64,000 nucleotides of DNA from Eledone cirrhosa (taxonomy: Eukaryota): NCBI GenBank assembly GCA_964016885.1, contig CAXHJY010000109.1, positions 62,001 through 126,000 on the forward strand. Direction: 5' to 3'. The translations under genes and the position numbers were made by a program. Below, in pieces: positions 1 through 14,180 of the stretch (its first letter is position 1; every line of letters starts with the position of its first letter). Under the pieces are notes generated by a model. The model made no database searches. It worked only from the letters and a program-made list of their open reading frames with translations, and was not told the DNA's origin.

Positions 1-71
1 CTGTGCATATATATATGAGTGTGAGTGTGTGTATGTGAGTGTATATGTGTGCCTGTGTGCCTGTGTGTGTG

Positions 72-108
<37 letters not shown>

Positions 109-167
109 CTGTGTGCGTGTGTGCGTGTGCGTGTGCGTGTGCGTGTGTGTGTGTCTGAGTGTGTGTG

Positions 168-515
168 TGCATGGATGATTGGTTAAAGCGTTTGTTTCGC
201 AATCACTTGGTCACATGTTCGATATCTGTTTGTGTCGTCATGATCACGTGTCCTTTACGACATCCTCGAGTCGGGCCAAGCTTTGGCAACGAAAGTCGGA
301 AAACAGAACCTGTTTGGTGGCCCCTTCTATGGATTTTAGTACCAGTAATTTAAGGGGTCACTCTTCTCCTATATGCTGATCCTCCACGAAAACTAGGTTA
401 TTGCTGCACGTGTCTGTGGGACGCTCCTTCACATATGTGTTAATTCCTTCAGCAGGTTCTCCCATTGATCAAACACTTGTACCAATCATCGTCGACACGG
501 CCGGAAGCCCGTTCC
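168..515 (+). mobile_element. Diverged tRNA-derived SINE (family B)
   Basis: Degenerate A box (TGGATGATTGG) and B box (TGTTCGATATC) at tRNA spacing. The head resembles the 8328 copy and the 123-bp array unit. The 3' boundary is approximate. Confidence 0.6.
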
Positions 516-772
516 ACGTGTCAGTGATTAATGATTACATGTTAGGTCTAGGGTGGGGTAAACAAGAGTTGAGGTGATATCTTTTGGGTCCCAAATTATA
601 GGTGGCGCTGTTGGAATAAGTGGGGCGGAAAGGAAGGGGTGTTGGAATAAGTGGGCGGAGGGAATACGTGGGGGTATGAAATAGGTGGGGTGTTGGAATG
701 AGAGGAGGGGTGGAAAACCAGAATTAGTCGTTTAGTTTACATACTGAGACCCAATCCAACCTATTTATTTTA

Positions 773-960
773 TAATTGTTTCTACTTTTGGCACAAGGCC
801 AGCAAATAACCAGTACATTACTGGTACTTTATTTTATCGACCCCGTAAGGATGAAAGGCAAAGTTAACTCGACGGGATTTGAACTCAGACCGTAAAGGGA
901 CGTAACTATGCTGGAAAGCATGGCGTCCGACCTCTAACCGATACTGCCAATCACCGCCCT
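773..960 (-). mobile_element. tRNA-derived SINE (family A, MetaSINE-like central domain) with target-site duplication
   Basis: Minus strand shows A box TGGCAGTATCGG, B box GAGTTCAAATCC and central GCCTTTCATCCTTACGGGGTCGATAAAAT. Flanking direct repeat CCTATTTATTTTATAAT at 760-776 and 958-974. More than 10 copies in the window. Confidence 0.9.
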
Positions 961-1211
961 ATTTATTTTATAATGTATGGGATTTCTTGCTATGTTGTTT
1001 TTTAGTCAAGTATATTTTTTAATGTATAAAGAAAATTAATTGTCGCAGAAATGCTACGACATAAAATATAGTTTCGCCGGAGTTTAGTAAAATGTTATCG
1101 CGATGGGTGTAATGAGAGGAGAAGGTTAAAAAATATCTGAAAAATTAATAAGTGGCTGATGGGGGGAGGGGGTGATTACTGGAGAGCCGAAATACATCGG
1201 CAGAAAATGGT

Positions 1212-1420
1212 TTTTGATTTAGGCACAGGGCCAGAAGTTTGGGGGAGGGAAGTCGATTAAATTGACCCCAGTGTGTTGCTGGTACTTTATTCTATCGACC
1301 TCGTAAGAATGATAGGCAAAGCTAACCTCAGCAGGATTCGAACTCAGAAGAGTAAAGGGCCGTAAATCTATGCTGCGAAGCATGTTGTCCGACGCTTTAC
1401 CGATACTGCCAACCCATCGT
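1212..1420 (-). mobile_element. SINE family A, diverged copy
   Basis: Shares ggcaca.ggccag, ggtactttatt, gaactcag and ccgatactgccaa blocks with the 773-960 copy. Confidence 0.85.
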
Positions 1421-1824
1421 CGCAATAATGTGAGCGTGTTTGATTTTAACGTCCTTGGAAATATAATAAAACTGTTTGTCCCCCACGAATATTTCTGACT
1501 AACATAGAGAGCGTTACATATGTTCCTTACAGACCGAGGGTGGTATTTAACTTTAGCGTCCCCGGGGGGAAGGATATATCGCAGAGTTGGAATTAAACTA
1601 GGGTCTTAAAGTGAGAAGTTATCGTGAAGAATATTGGGTCAGCAGTTATGAGAAGCCAGCAGATTCCATCATGGTGCCCAGCGCCTATAATTATGTTCTT
1701 TAAACATGAACTATCCCATACGTGATACTGAACAAATATATAACGAGCTGGTGGTGGAGATGGCAGATACGAAATAGATTAATTTATTTTCATTCCAAAC
1801 CACAGCTGTCATATCTATATTACT

Positions 1825-1912
1825 TCTCTCTCTCTCTCTCTCTCCATATATATATATATACATATACACACACACATACATACACATGCAAATTATATAT
1901 ATGCATGTATGG

Positions 1913-1952
<40 letters not shown>

Positions 1953-1994
1953 CTATACATGTATATATATATCTATACATGTATATATATATAT

Positions 1995-2055
<61 letters not shown>

Positions 2056-3030
2056 CATATATATATATCTATACATGTATATATATATATATATATATAT
2101 CTCCATACATGTATATATATATATATCCATACATGTATATATATATATATCTCCATACATCTATATATATATCTCCATACATGTATATATATATATATCT
2201 CCATACATGTATATATATATATATATATATCCATACATGTATATATATATCTCCATACATGTATATATATATATATCCATACATGTATATATATATATAT
2301 CCATACATGTATATATATATATATATATATCCATACATGTATATATTCATATATATATATTCATATATATATATATTATATTCATATATATATATATTCA
2401 TATATATATATATATTCATATATATATATATATTCATATATATATATATATATATAATCATACATATATATATTTATATACACACACATATATATATTCA
2501 TACATATATATTTATATACATACACATATATATATATTCATACATATATATTTATATACATACACATATATATATATTCATACATATATATTTATATACA
2601 TACACATACATATATATATATTCATACATATATATTTATATACATACATATATATTTATATACATACACATACACATATATATATATATATATTCATATA
2701 TATATATATTCATACATATATATTTATATACATACACATATATATATTCATACATATATATTTATATACACACACATATATATATATTCATACATTATAA
2801 TTTATATACATACACATACACATATATATATATTCATACATATATATTTATATACATACATATATATTTATATACATACACATACACATATATATATATA
2901 TATTCATATATATATATATTCATACATATATATTTATATCATACATCATATACATATCATACGCACATATATACACACATATATATATATCGACACACAC
3001 ACATATGTGTGTGTCATATGTGTGTGTGTG
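1825..3030. repeat. Compound (CT)n/(TA)n/(CATA)n microsatellite
   Basis: Direct inspection. Source of the spurious Y/I/H-rich ORFs. Confidence 0.95.
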
Positions 3031-3295
3031 TTTTGGCAGATTGTTATTAAAACGTCTTCACTCAATCTTAGTTCTATTCGTTCAATCTTTTGTTTTCCTC
3101 CTCCCCTTCCCGCCCACCTCACACTACTACCGCCCCTCCTCCACTACACCCGACCACCTTCTCCCACCACTCCCTGCCACCACACTCCTCCCCCTCTATC
3201 TAAAACAACACTAATGTTCCCTCTAACAACTAAATGGAGCCAGGTCTCTTCTGATAGAGCCGCCGCCATTCTGGATGGATATACTTTCTTCCGAG

Positions 3296-4267
3296 GTGTG
3301 TGTGGTGTGTCTGTTTGTGTGTGCCTGTGCGTGGTGTGTGTGTGGTGTGTGGCGTGTGTAGTGTGTGTGGTGTGTGTGGTGTGTGTGGTGTGTGTGAATG
3401 GCGTGTGTGGTGTGTGTGGTGTGTGTGGTGTCTGTATGGCGTGTGTGGTGTGTGTGTGAATGGCGTGTGTGGTGTGTGTGTATGGCGTGTGTATGGCGTG
3501 TGTGGTGTGTGTGTATGGTGTGTGTGGTGTGTGTGCGTGGTGTGTGTGTGGCGTGTGTGGTGTGAGTGGTGTGTGTGTGTGTGGCGTGTGTGGCGTGTGT
3601 GTATGGCGTGTGTGGTGTGTGGTGTGTGTGTGGCGTGTGTGGTGTGAGTGGCGTGTGTGGTGTGTGTGGTGTGTGTGCGTGGTGTGTGTGTGGCGTGTGT
3701 GGTGTGAGTGGTGTGTGTGTGTGTGGCGTGTGTGGCGTGTGTGGTGTGTGTGTATGGCGTGTGTGGTGTGTGGTGTGTGTGTGGCGTGTGTGGTGTGAGT
3801 GGTGTGTGTGGTGTGTGTATGTAGTGTGTGTGTGGTGTGTATGGTGTGTGTGGTGTGAGTGGTGTGTGTGGTGTGTGTATGTGGTGTGTGTGTATGGCGT
3901 GTATGTGTGTGTGGTGTGTGTGTGGTGTGTGTATGGCGTGTGTGGTGTGTGTGTGGCGTGTGTGGTGTGTGTGGTGTGAGTGGTGTGTGTGGTGTGTGTG
4001 GTGTGTGCGTATGGCGTGTGTGGTGTGTGTGTGTGTGGTGTGTGTATGGCGTGTGTGGTATGTGTATGGCGTGTGTGGTGTGTGTATGCCGTGTGTGGTG
4101 TGTATATGTGGTGTGCGTGGTGTGTGTATGTGGTGTGTGTGTGTGGCGTGTGTGGTGTGTGTGTATGGCGTGTGTGGTGTGTGTTTATGTGCGCGTGCGG
4201 CATATATAATATATAAATAAACAAGCATAATGGCATATATATATATATGCGTGAAAGAGATAGAGAG

Positions 4268-4310
<43 letters not shown>

Positions 4311-4806
4311 AATGTTCGGCGCATAATGGCATATATATGTATATATATATATATGTATATATATATTTCGGTGCGTGATGTGTTAGGTGTGTTTATGGAT
4401 GTGTGTATGTATGCGGTGTGTATGTATGCGGTGTGTATGTGTGTTCTATTTATACATATGTTATATATATGCATATATATAATATATATATATATATGCA
4501 TATATAATATATATATATACATATATGCATATATATATATATATATATATATATGCATATATATATATATATATATATATATGCATATATATATATATAT
4601 ATATGCATATATATATAGATATATATATATATATATATGCATATATATGTATATGTCATATGTATGTTTAATATATATATATGCGTGTGTGTGAATTATA
4701 CACACATATATACATACACAGACAATCAGAGGGATTGCATATACATTATACCTATACACACATATAGAAATCAATCATATACAAATGCTTAAATATACAT
4801 ACTCTT

Positions 4807-4848
<42 letters not shown>

Positions 4849-5170
4849 ACACACACATACACATACACACACACACATACACACATACACACACACACAC
4901 ACACACACTGATGTTTATATACGTAATTGCTAATTGTGTTTTCTCGCCACGATTGACACCACACTGCTTGTATTAATCTCTCTCTCTCTCCCCCTCTGTC
5001 TGTCTCACTCTCTCTCTCTTTCTCTCCCTCTGTCTGTCTCACTCTCTCTGTCTGTCTCACTCTCTCTCTCTTCCTCTGTCTGTCTCACTCTCTCTCTCTC
5101 TCCCTCTGTCTGTCTCACTCTCTCTCTCTTTCTCTACCTCTGTCTGTCTCACTCTCTCTCTCTCTGTGTC
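3296..5170. repeat. Low-complexity GT/GGT, TA, CA and CT tracts
   Basis: Direct inspection. Confidence 0.9.
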
Positions 5171-5202
5171 CGGACAATCGATGGTTTCTTTGTGAAAGCG
5201 GC

Positions 5203-5245
<43 letters not shown>

Positions 5246-5247
<2 letters not shown>

Positions 5248-5371
5248 CGAAGGAAATGTGGTAAGGAACCAGATGGACCATAACGCACCAAAGTACTCAA
5301 TACTTAGGGTAGTAGAGTCCAGAATTAGCCGTCGAAACGGCTTGAGCTCAGCCGTCGGGGTCCTACTCGTT

Positions 5372-5376
<5 letters not shown>
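5246..5376. mobile_element. Short (TA)n-flanked repeat, probable Penelope-like terminal fragment with hammerhead 3' half (family H1)
   Basis: Near-identical to 8565-8695, 16720-16930 and 50762-50950. Contains GAAA-CGGCT-TGAGCTC-AGCCG-TC. Confidence 0.65.
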
Positions 5377-5425
<49 letters not shown>

Positions 5426-5509
5426 TGTGTTTGTTCTGAGAGCGCCCAAATACACATATATGAGTTTACCTTTGTATGTATATATATATATATATATACA
5501 CACAAAGAA

Positions 5510-5652
5510 AGTGCCGTAAGGAGCCAGGTGGACCATGAAGCATTAGAGTACTCGATACTTAGGGTTGTAAGGAACTCAGCCATCGAGGGCCTGACTCATT
5601 TCCTATATATATATATGAGATGGAGTTCGGAACTCAGCCGTCAGGGTCCTGA
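5510..5652. mobile_element. Diverged family H1 fragment
   Basis: gtaagg.gccaggtggaccat...gagtactc.atacttaggg and ctcagccgtcagggtcc blocks. Confidence 0.55.
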
Positions 5653-5664
5653 ATATATATATAT

Positions 5665-5679
5665 TGAGAGTGAGTGAGT

Positions 5680-5762
<83 letters not shown>

Positions 5763-5770
5763 GAGAGAGA

Positions 5771-5810
<40 letters not shown>

Positions 5811-5978
5811 GTGAGTGAGTGAGTGAGTGAGTGAGTGAGTGAGTGAGTGAGTGAGTGAGTGAGTGAGTGAGTGAGTGAGTGAGAGAGTGTGAGTGAGTGA
5901 GAGAGAGAGAGAGAGAGAGAGTGAGTGAGTGAGTGAGTGTGTGAGTGAGTGAGTGAGAGAGAGTGAGAGAGAGTGAGA

Positions 5979-6012
<34 letters not shown>
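5665..6012. repeat. (GA)n/(GAGT)n microsatellite
   Basis: Direct inspection. Confidence 0.95.
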
Positions 6013-6578
6013 ATCTGTGATGTCGCTGGTTTCGACCGCCAATATTTTATCGTCATCTCTGTGTTGAACTTCTAAGTCACGTGACATGAACAAGCAAGAT
6101 CGGCTGTAAACGTAGACGCGGTCGCACACACACACATATCTATATATATACACACACATCCATTTTTAAAGTTGCTGCTAGCCCTACTACTACTACTACT
6201 ACTACTACAGCTACTGGTATAGTTCGATAGGGTCAGTCTGTGGTTCAATATACACCCATTCAATGATTTTATGTCATTAATTAACCAATTATTTTATGTC
6301 ATTAATTAACCAATTATTTAAGTTCTTATTAAATTTCTCAGCTTGTCACTGTGCTTTCGTCACACGCTGTGACCCTATCGGTGACGTGTCCCCCGTCAAT
6401 TCACACCTTGCTCCGAGTCCCTCTATCAAAATATGGATTTAAAACAGTTGTTTTAATACTATATTTAACATACAAATAGCTGGCAAACAAAAACAAAACT
6501 GAAATATGTGTGTGTAATTATCATATTATCTATGTTGAGTGTATGTATATATCCACATATATGTGTGTGTGTGTGTGT

Positions 6579-6616
<38 letters not shown>

Positions 6617-6645
6617 GCGTGTGTGTGTGTGTGCGTGTGTGCGTG

Positions 6646-6677
<32 letters not shown>

Positions 6678-7139
6678 CTTACGTTTGTGTATCTGTATAT
6701 ATGTTACAAAGTTTATTATTTATATACATACATATGGTGGGTCTGCAAACTGGAATGGCGTCCATATACAATTAACGTTAAACACACTACTACCACTACC
6801 ACTACTATTACCACTACTACTACCATTAATACAGCTACGTTCCGCCATTTTTATCTTGAAAGCCAAGCCACTCACTGTATGTTATGAACGGAATAAATTT
6901 ACTAATGGGGCCTTTCAACCGAAATAGCTTAAAATAATGAAAAAGCAATATTTGTTGTTTGTTCTTTGTTCTCTCTCATCTAAATTAATATTATACGATC
7001 TACAGCAACTCTGTTAAACTGCAATAGAAGAATTATTCCATCTACGATATGATAAAACAGTTGATCTACTCCTCCTAATGAGGTTATGTTAGTATAAGCT
7101 CGAGCAGCCTTACCACCGAACACACCACACAGACTGGCT

Positions 7140-7182
<43 letters not shown>

Positions 7183-7686
7183 GCTGGCTTGTGTGTATAT
7201 ATATATATATATATATACACACACAGGCTGGCTTGTGTGTATATATATATACACATAACCCCTCCCCTCTCTCTGTCACCCCCCTCTCTCTATATATATA
7301 TATATAGAGAGAGAGGAGGGACAAAGAGAGGGGGAGGGGTTAAGAGTGGAAGGAGGAGGGGTTAAGAGTGGAAGGAGAGAGGAGAGTGGGGATGGGGAAA
7401 GAGAGAGGAGAGGGGGAAAGAGAGAGGAGAGAGGAGAGTGGAGAGGGGGAAAGAGAGAGGAGAGTGGGGAGGGGGAAAGAGAGAGGCGAGTGGGGAGGGG
7501 GAAATAGAGAGGAGAGTGGGGAGGGGGAAAGAGGGAGGAGAGTGGGGAGGGGGAAAGAGGGAGGAGAGTGGGGAGAGATAAAGAGAGAGAAACACTGAAA
7601 CAAACCCACGATTATATATGTGCGTATATACATATATACATATACACATATATATACACACATACACATATGCACACACACACACA

Positions 7687-7739
<53 letters not shown>

Positions 7740-8327
7740 ACACTTCCATACTTTGATTTCATAAAAAAAAAGAACAAAAACCGTTTGATTGTTTAGATAT
7801 TCCTGTGTTATCTGGGACATTTGCTGAGTCATACATACATGTATGTATATATGTATACATGTATGCATGTATGTGTGTGTGTATGTATGCATGTATGTGT
7901 ATATGTGTGTATGTGTGTGTATGTGTGTGTGTGTATGTGTGTGTGTATGTGTGTATATATGTATATATGTATGTATGTATGTGTGTATGTATGTGTGTAT
8001 ATATATACATGTATGCATGTATGTATGTGTGTATGTATGTGTGTGTGTATGTGTGTATGTGTATGTGTGTGTATGTGTGTGTGTATGTGTGTGTGTGTGT
8101 GTGTATATGGATGTATGTATGTATGTATATGTTCTGGTTTTATAATTTCACAAATTTTATACATGTATGTATGTATATGTATATATGTATATATGTATGT
8201 ATCTATATATGTATATAATGTATGTATGTATATATGTATGTATATATGTATGTATATATGTATGTACGTATGCACGTAAGTATTCATGTATGCAGCCATC
8301 ATCAACATTGTGTGTGTGTGTGTGTTT

Positions 8328-8532
8328 GAAGGCATGTGGCTGAGTGGTAAGAGAATTGGATTCACAATCTTGAGGTTGTGAGTTCGATTCCTGGACCAGG
8401 CGATGCGTTATGTCCTTGAGCAAGACACTTTATTTGACATTGCTCCTTCTACCTGGAGTTGCGACAGATAGATAGTATTAGCAATTGGAAAGACCAACGG
8501 AAACATTGTTTCCTCGGTCCGATCGACTGTCG
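8328..8532 (+). mobile_element. tRNA-derived CORE-like SINE (family B)
   Basis: A box TGGCTGAGTGG, B box AGTTCGATTCC, CORE-like TGTCCTTGAGCAAGACACTT. The 3' part matches 60405-60530. Confidence 0.8.
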
Positions 8533-8564
8533 ATATATATATATCTATATATATATATATATAG

Positions 8565-8695
8565 GAAAATGTTTAACCCCGACGGCAGAGCTTAAGCCGT
8601 TTCGACGGTTATTTCTGTCCACTCTACTACCTTAAGTATTGAGTAATCTGGTGCGTTATGGTCCACCTGGTTCCTTACCACACCTCCTTCGTTAT
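8565..8695. mobile_element. Family H1 repeat, orientation opposite to the 5246 copy
   Basis: Reverse complement of 5246-5376, flanked by (TA)n. Confidence 0.65.
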
Positions 8696-8718
8696 ATATA
8701 TATATATATAATATATAT

Positions 8719-9725
8719 AGGTGGTGGAACACTGGAAGGTAACATCCGTAGTGGTAGAGCAATCAGTCCAAGGGACGAGTTAGGTAGAAGTGGTTACACA
8801 ACAGTTAGTTCACCATACCGAGAACACTTGTTTCACCTTAGCGGATCCTCAGCTCGTAATGAACATGGTTATACGGAACAGGAAGGATAACCGTATGAAC
8901 GCGCATGCGCAGAAACCATCACTTCACGCAGGCAATACTAAATTGCGTGCGAGAGTTGTAAGGGAGATAACTGCGAAAGTCCGAAAGTTTCTAGTTGATA
9001 AGAAAATTAGGATGTTGTTGTAATTCAATCCGGAGCTTTGTAGTTATATAAGAGGTGTTTCCAGACGTGTGGACGACGTGTGAAGAATTCATTTCTTAAG
9101 TTTAGGCAATCGTTATTGCGTAATCTCTTTAGAATATTTATTCGTTCATCAATACATAGTCCACACGACGGATTGCCTCTTGCGTATGGCTTGGACTCAG
9201 TGATGGCTTTCCATTGAATGGAGTTGTCTATATTTGAGTCCTTGAGGGACCATACGTGGCTTGCAAGTTTCGTGGATGAACGTTTGTCCGGGTACCTAAA
9301 GGTCGACTGGTGGTTCAGGAAACGTTCCTTAAATCGGCCCTCCGCCATACCCACATAGGATTTGACCTCCTGTGGTTGATTTGATCGGTTGGAAGTGACC
9401 ACAGCTTCATAAACTACAGCGGGTGTGTTGCATTGCTGTTGAAGGGGACAAGCTTCGGGTTTTGCTCTTAGGGCTGTTGGTGATGTGGGCCTTCATGTTC
9501 TTAGCGCAGGAGTATACTAGTTTTACTTTGTGTCTGTTAAAAATGGAGCGGTATTTGTGACCTATGGGAAAGTGTCCATCTAAGAGGGCTAGAAATTGTT
9601 TGCTTACATTGGTTTTAACGTTGAGAGAGAAGGGAGGAGAGAACCAAATAGTTTGTCTATCGTTATGCTTTCTTTTCTTATTGCTCTTCCACTAACAACA
9701 TCAGCAATAAGAAAAGAAAGCGTAA
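8719..9725 (-). mobile_element. 5'-truncated Penelope-like element (Naiad-like): RT thumb/linker, GIY-YIG endonuclease, 3' UTR with hammerhead
   Basis: Minus translation RQTIWFSPPFSLNVKTNVSKQFL..HFP..IFNRHKVKLVYSC, then a frameshift, then CPLQQQCNTPAVVYEAVV...YVGMAEGRFKERFLNH...CGLCIDE...LNLRNE (stop at 9025). Short inversion at 9662-9725. The 3' end abuts (TA)n. Confidence 0.9.
8819..8856 (-). ncRNA. Minimal type I hammerhead ribozyme motif
   Basis: CGAG-CUGAGGA-UCCGCUAAGGU-GAAA-CAAGUG-UU-CUCG. Stem I is CGAG/CUCG. Confidence 0.65.
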
Positions 9726-11494
9726 CAAATAATTTAAAGTAATACCATCCGATGAGGTGAGGCTAGTGAAATGGGTTGGAGGAAGTACATAGGTGACAAC
9801 CCAGCGAAATATGTTTCATGAAGATAAACCTGAATACAACTGTATATGGTCTTCGATTTATTTAATTCTCTCTCTATATATATATATATATAAGCAAAGG
9901 GATATTTAATTTGTTGGTAATTCAACAAATATATATATTTATAACATATTCGAAGCACTCGGCATGTTTTCTGGAGTATAATATCAATGATATTAATAAA
10001 TGGAAACTATATTTATTAATATCATTGATATATATATATATATATATATATATTTATTAAAATAAAAGATTAGTTTAAGCAAAAAATCGCTGTGAATGTG
10101 TGTGAGCGTGTGTGAACGTGTGTAAGTAGTTTGTGTGTGTACGTCTGTGTATGTGTGTGTGTATGTATGTGTGTATGTGTGTGTATGTGTGTGTAAGTGT
10201 GTGTACGTTATCAAGAGAGCAGTTTCAATGTGAACTGATAGGAAGTAAAACTCCACCTCCTTATGTTGAGATGGACAGCTGGGGGAACTCCTTGGAGATT
10301 CTATAGCAACGGTGGAATGGCGGTGGTGTTGCTGTGGTGTGGTGTTATAGTGGTGTGGTTGTGTGGTGGCGGTGTGGTTGTGTGGTAGCGGTGGGGTTGT
10401 GGTGGTGGCGGTGGGGCTGTGGTGGTAGCGGTGGTGTGGGGGTGGGGTGTATATTACAGGGGTGGTGGTGGTGTAGTGATGTGGTGGAGCAATGTAATGT
10501 AGTAATGTGGCGGTGTAGTGTGGTGTGCTATGTAAAGTGGTGTAGTGGTGTGTGGTTTTATATACAATGGTGTGATGTGGTGTGCTATGTAATGTGGTGT
10601 AGTGGTGTGGTGTTATACACAATGGTGGTGTAGTGGTGTGGTGTTATACACAGTGGTAATCTAAGTTATTTTCCTGTCAAACACATAATTATATTCAATT
10701 TGTTTCACTCTAATGTCATTTAACCAATATTTCTATCGCAGTTTTTTATTAATATATATATGTGTGTGTGTGTCTGCATATGTGTGGTGTGTGTGCCTGC
10801 ATATGTATATGTATATGTGTGTGTCTGGGGGGGGGGTATTGTATATGTACTCCGTTATACTTATATAGAGAGAGAAGGAGAGAGAGCAGAGAGAGAGGGA
10901 GAGGGGAGAGGGGGAAGAGAGAGAGGAGAGGGGGAAGAGAGAGGGGAGAGGGGGAAGAGAGAGGGGGGAGGGGGGAGAAAGAGAGAGGGGGGGGGGGAGA
11001 AAGAGAGAGAGGGGGCAGAAAGAGAGAGAGGGGGGAGAAAGAGAGAGAGGGGGCAGAAAGAGAGAGTGGGGAGAGACGGGAGAGAGCGTGTGGGGTGGGA
11101 GATAGGGGGAGAGAGTGGGGAGAGACGGGAGATAGGGGGAGGAGAGAAAGGGGGAGAGGGGGGAAGAGGGGAGTGGAAGAGGTGGAAGAGGGGGGGGGAC
11201 AGAGAGTGACAGAAATACAAGGACAGAACGAGAGCAATGTATGTATACATATATACATACATATATGCATACATATATATACATATATGCATACATATAT
11301 ACATACATACATATATATACATATATCCATATACATATATGCATACATATATATACATATATCCATATACACATATGCATACATATATATACATATATCC
11401 ATATACATACATATATATACATATATCCATATATATACATATATCCATATATACACATATCCATATATCCATACACATATATCCATATATACAT

Positions 11495-11530
<36 letters not shown>

Positions 11531-11576
11531 GCATATATACATACATATATGCATACATATACATACATACATACAT

Positions 11577-11608
<32 letters not shown>

Positions 11609-11908
11609 AAATTATCTATGTTTATATTTTTGTATTGTCTAAAAGTCTTTTACGGACGCCAACCAAAATACTGGAATTATTTGATGCACAATTAAGATAA
11701 TGCATTTTAACCACTCTAGCACAAACAAGCTGAGATCTTTAAAATTTACGGCAATCTTCCCTGGAGAGCAGCTGAATGATAAGGGAAATATAGGCTGAAA
11801 CACCGACAGATGCAGGGACTACGGAGAGGGTGATAATGTGTGTACAGTGACACAGATATAGTGCAGAGGGGTGTAAAGTGTGGTGTATGTATGTATGTAT
11901 GTATGTAT

Positions 11909-11986
<78 letters not shown>

Positions 11987-12837
11987 ACGTACCTCGATAC
12001 GAGAGAGAGGTGGGGGGGAGAAATGGGGGGGGGGGTGAGATGGGGACGGTGAGAGGGGGAGAGAGTGCGAGAGGGGGGGGGAGGGCGATAGATAGGGAGG
12101 GGAGGGAGAGGGAGGGGGTAGATAGAGAGGGAGGTGGTTGGTAGAGAGGGAGGGGGGAGATACAGCCAGAGAGAGTGAGAGTGAGATACAGCCGCATACT
12201 TCGATACGACGTGTCCGATCGAGCGTGACACATTTTCAGATTACTTTAACTGTTTGTAAGGCTTTACTTTAACAGCAACTACAACAACAACTACCACACC
12301 GCCAAAAACACATACAACGCCGTCAACAGCAACTACAACAACTGCAACGCCTCTAACAACAGCACCTATAACAACAACAAATACAACAGCAATATCTGTA
12401 ACAAGAACAACAACGAAAGTAACACCTACAAAACCACCAACAGTTGCAACAACAACACCTATAACACCGGCTACAACACCAACAACAGCAATAACAGCAA
12501 CAACAACACCTACAACACCGGCTACAACACCAACAACAACACCTACAACAACACCTACAACACCTACAACACCAACAACAGCAACAACACCTACAACAAC
12601 ACCTACAACACCAACAACACCTACAATAACAATATCAACACCAACAATTGCAAGTAGAACAACACTAAAACCTCAATTACAATAAGATCAACAGTAATTA
12701 TACCATTATGTGGTTTCGATTATAAAATAGAGGAGGGGGGTGTACAAACGAACAAATTAAAATACAAAAAGAAAAACGAATCTCTTCTCTCCTCGTTCTT
12801 TCATTCTCTTTCTCCTCTCTTCGACATATACAGACAT

Positions 12838-14180
12838 ATGGAATGACATTAATGTCCCTGGTAGACATGACGTCTCTAAGACATATGTAGTTACATTACT
12901 TCTAATCTTTATACATATGTCCCTAGTAGACATGACGTCTCTAAGACATATGGAGTTACATTACTTCTAATCTTTATACATATGTCCTTAGTAGACATGA
13001 CGTCTCTAAGACATATGGAGTTACATTACTTCTAATCTTTATACATATGTCCCTAGTAGACATGACGTCTCTAAGACATATGGAGTTACATTACTTCTAA
13101 TCTTTATACATATGTCCTTAGTAGACATGACGTCTCTAAGACATGGAGTTACATTACTTCTAATCTTTATACATATGTCCCTGGTAGACATGACGTCTCT
13201 AAGACATATGGAGTGACATCACTTCTAATCTTTATACATGTTTCCATAGTAGACATGACGTCTCTAAGACATGGAGTTACATTACTACTAATCTTTATAC
13301 ATATGTCCATAGTAGACATGACGTCTCTAAGACATATGGAGTGACATTACTACTAATCTTTATACATATGTCCATAGTAGACATGACGTCTCTAAGACAT
13401 ATGGAATGACATTACTTCTAATCTTTATACATATGTCCCTAGTAGACATGACGTCTCTAAGACATATGGAGTTACATTACTACTAATCTTTATACATATG
13501 TCCCTAGTAGACATGACGTCTCTAAGACATATGGAGTTACATTACTTCTAATCTTTATACATATGTCCATAGTAGACATGACGTCTCTAAGACATATGGA
13601 GTTACATTACTTCTAATCTTTATACATATGTCCCTAGTAGACATGACGTCTCTAAGACATATGGAGTTACATTACTTCTAATCTTTATACATATGTCCCT
13701 AGTACACATGACGTCTCTAAGACATATGGAGTTACATTACTTCTAATCTTTATACATATGTCCATAGTAGACAAGACGTCTCTAAGACATGGAGTTACAT
13801 TACTACTAATCTTTATACATATGTCCATAGTAGACATGACGTCTCTAAGACATATGTAGTTACATTACTTCTAATCTTTATACATATGTCCCTAGTAGAC
13901 ATGACGTCTCTAAGACATATGGAGTGACATTACTTCTAATCTTTATACATATGTCCATAGTAGACATGACGTCTCTAAGACATATGGAGTGACATCACTT
14001 CTAATCTTTATACATATGTCCCTAGTAGACATGACGTCTCTAAGACATATGGAGTTACATTACTACTAATCTTTATACATATGTCCTTAGTAGACATGAC
14101 GTCTCTAAGACATATGGAGTGACATTACTTCTAATCTTTATACATGTTTCTGGTACATATGACGTCTCTAAGACATCTGC
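12838..14180. repeat. 65-bp tandem repeat, about 20 copies
   Basis: Unit GTAGACATGACGTCTCTAAGACATATGGAGTTACATTACTTCTAATCTTTATACATATGTCCCTA. Period measured 12861 to 12926. Confidence 0.95.

Noticed and set aside
3244-3295. Possible 52-nt plus-strand exon ([17 protein letters not shown] or [17 protein letters not shown])
   Set aside because: No pyrimidine tract next to the AG, the donor is formed by the GT repeat, and no recognisable homology.
1711-4976. Long Y/I/H/T/V/C-rich ORFs (and similar ones across the window)
   Set aside because: Translations of TA, CA and GT microsatellites, which lack stop codons in most frames.
11749-11818. Possible minus-strand exon
   Set aside because: All three frames are open and the donor is weak, so it cannot be distinguished from chance.
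12838-14180. CRISPR-like appearance of the tandem arrays (also 30478, 31895, 43644)
   Set aside because: Whole units repeat with no unique spacers, there are no cas genes, and the context is eukaryotic.
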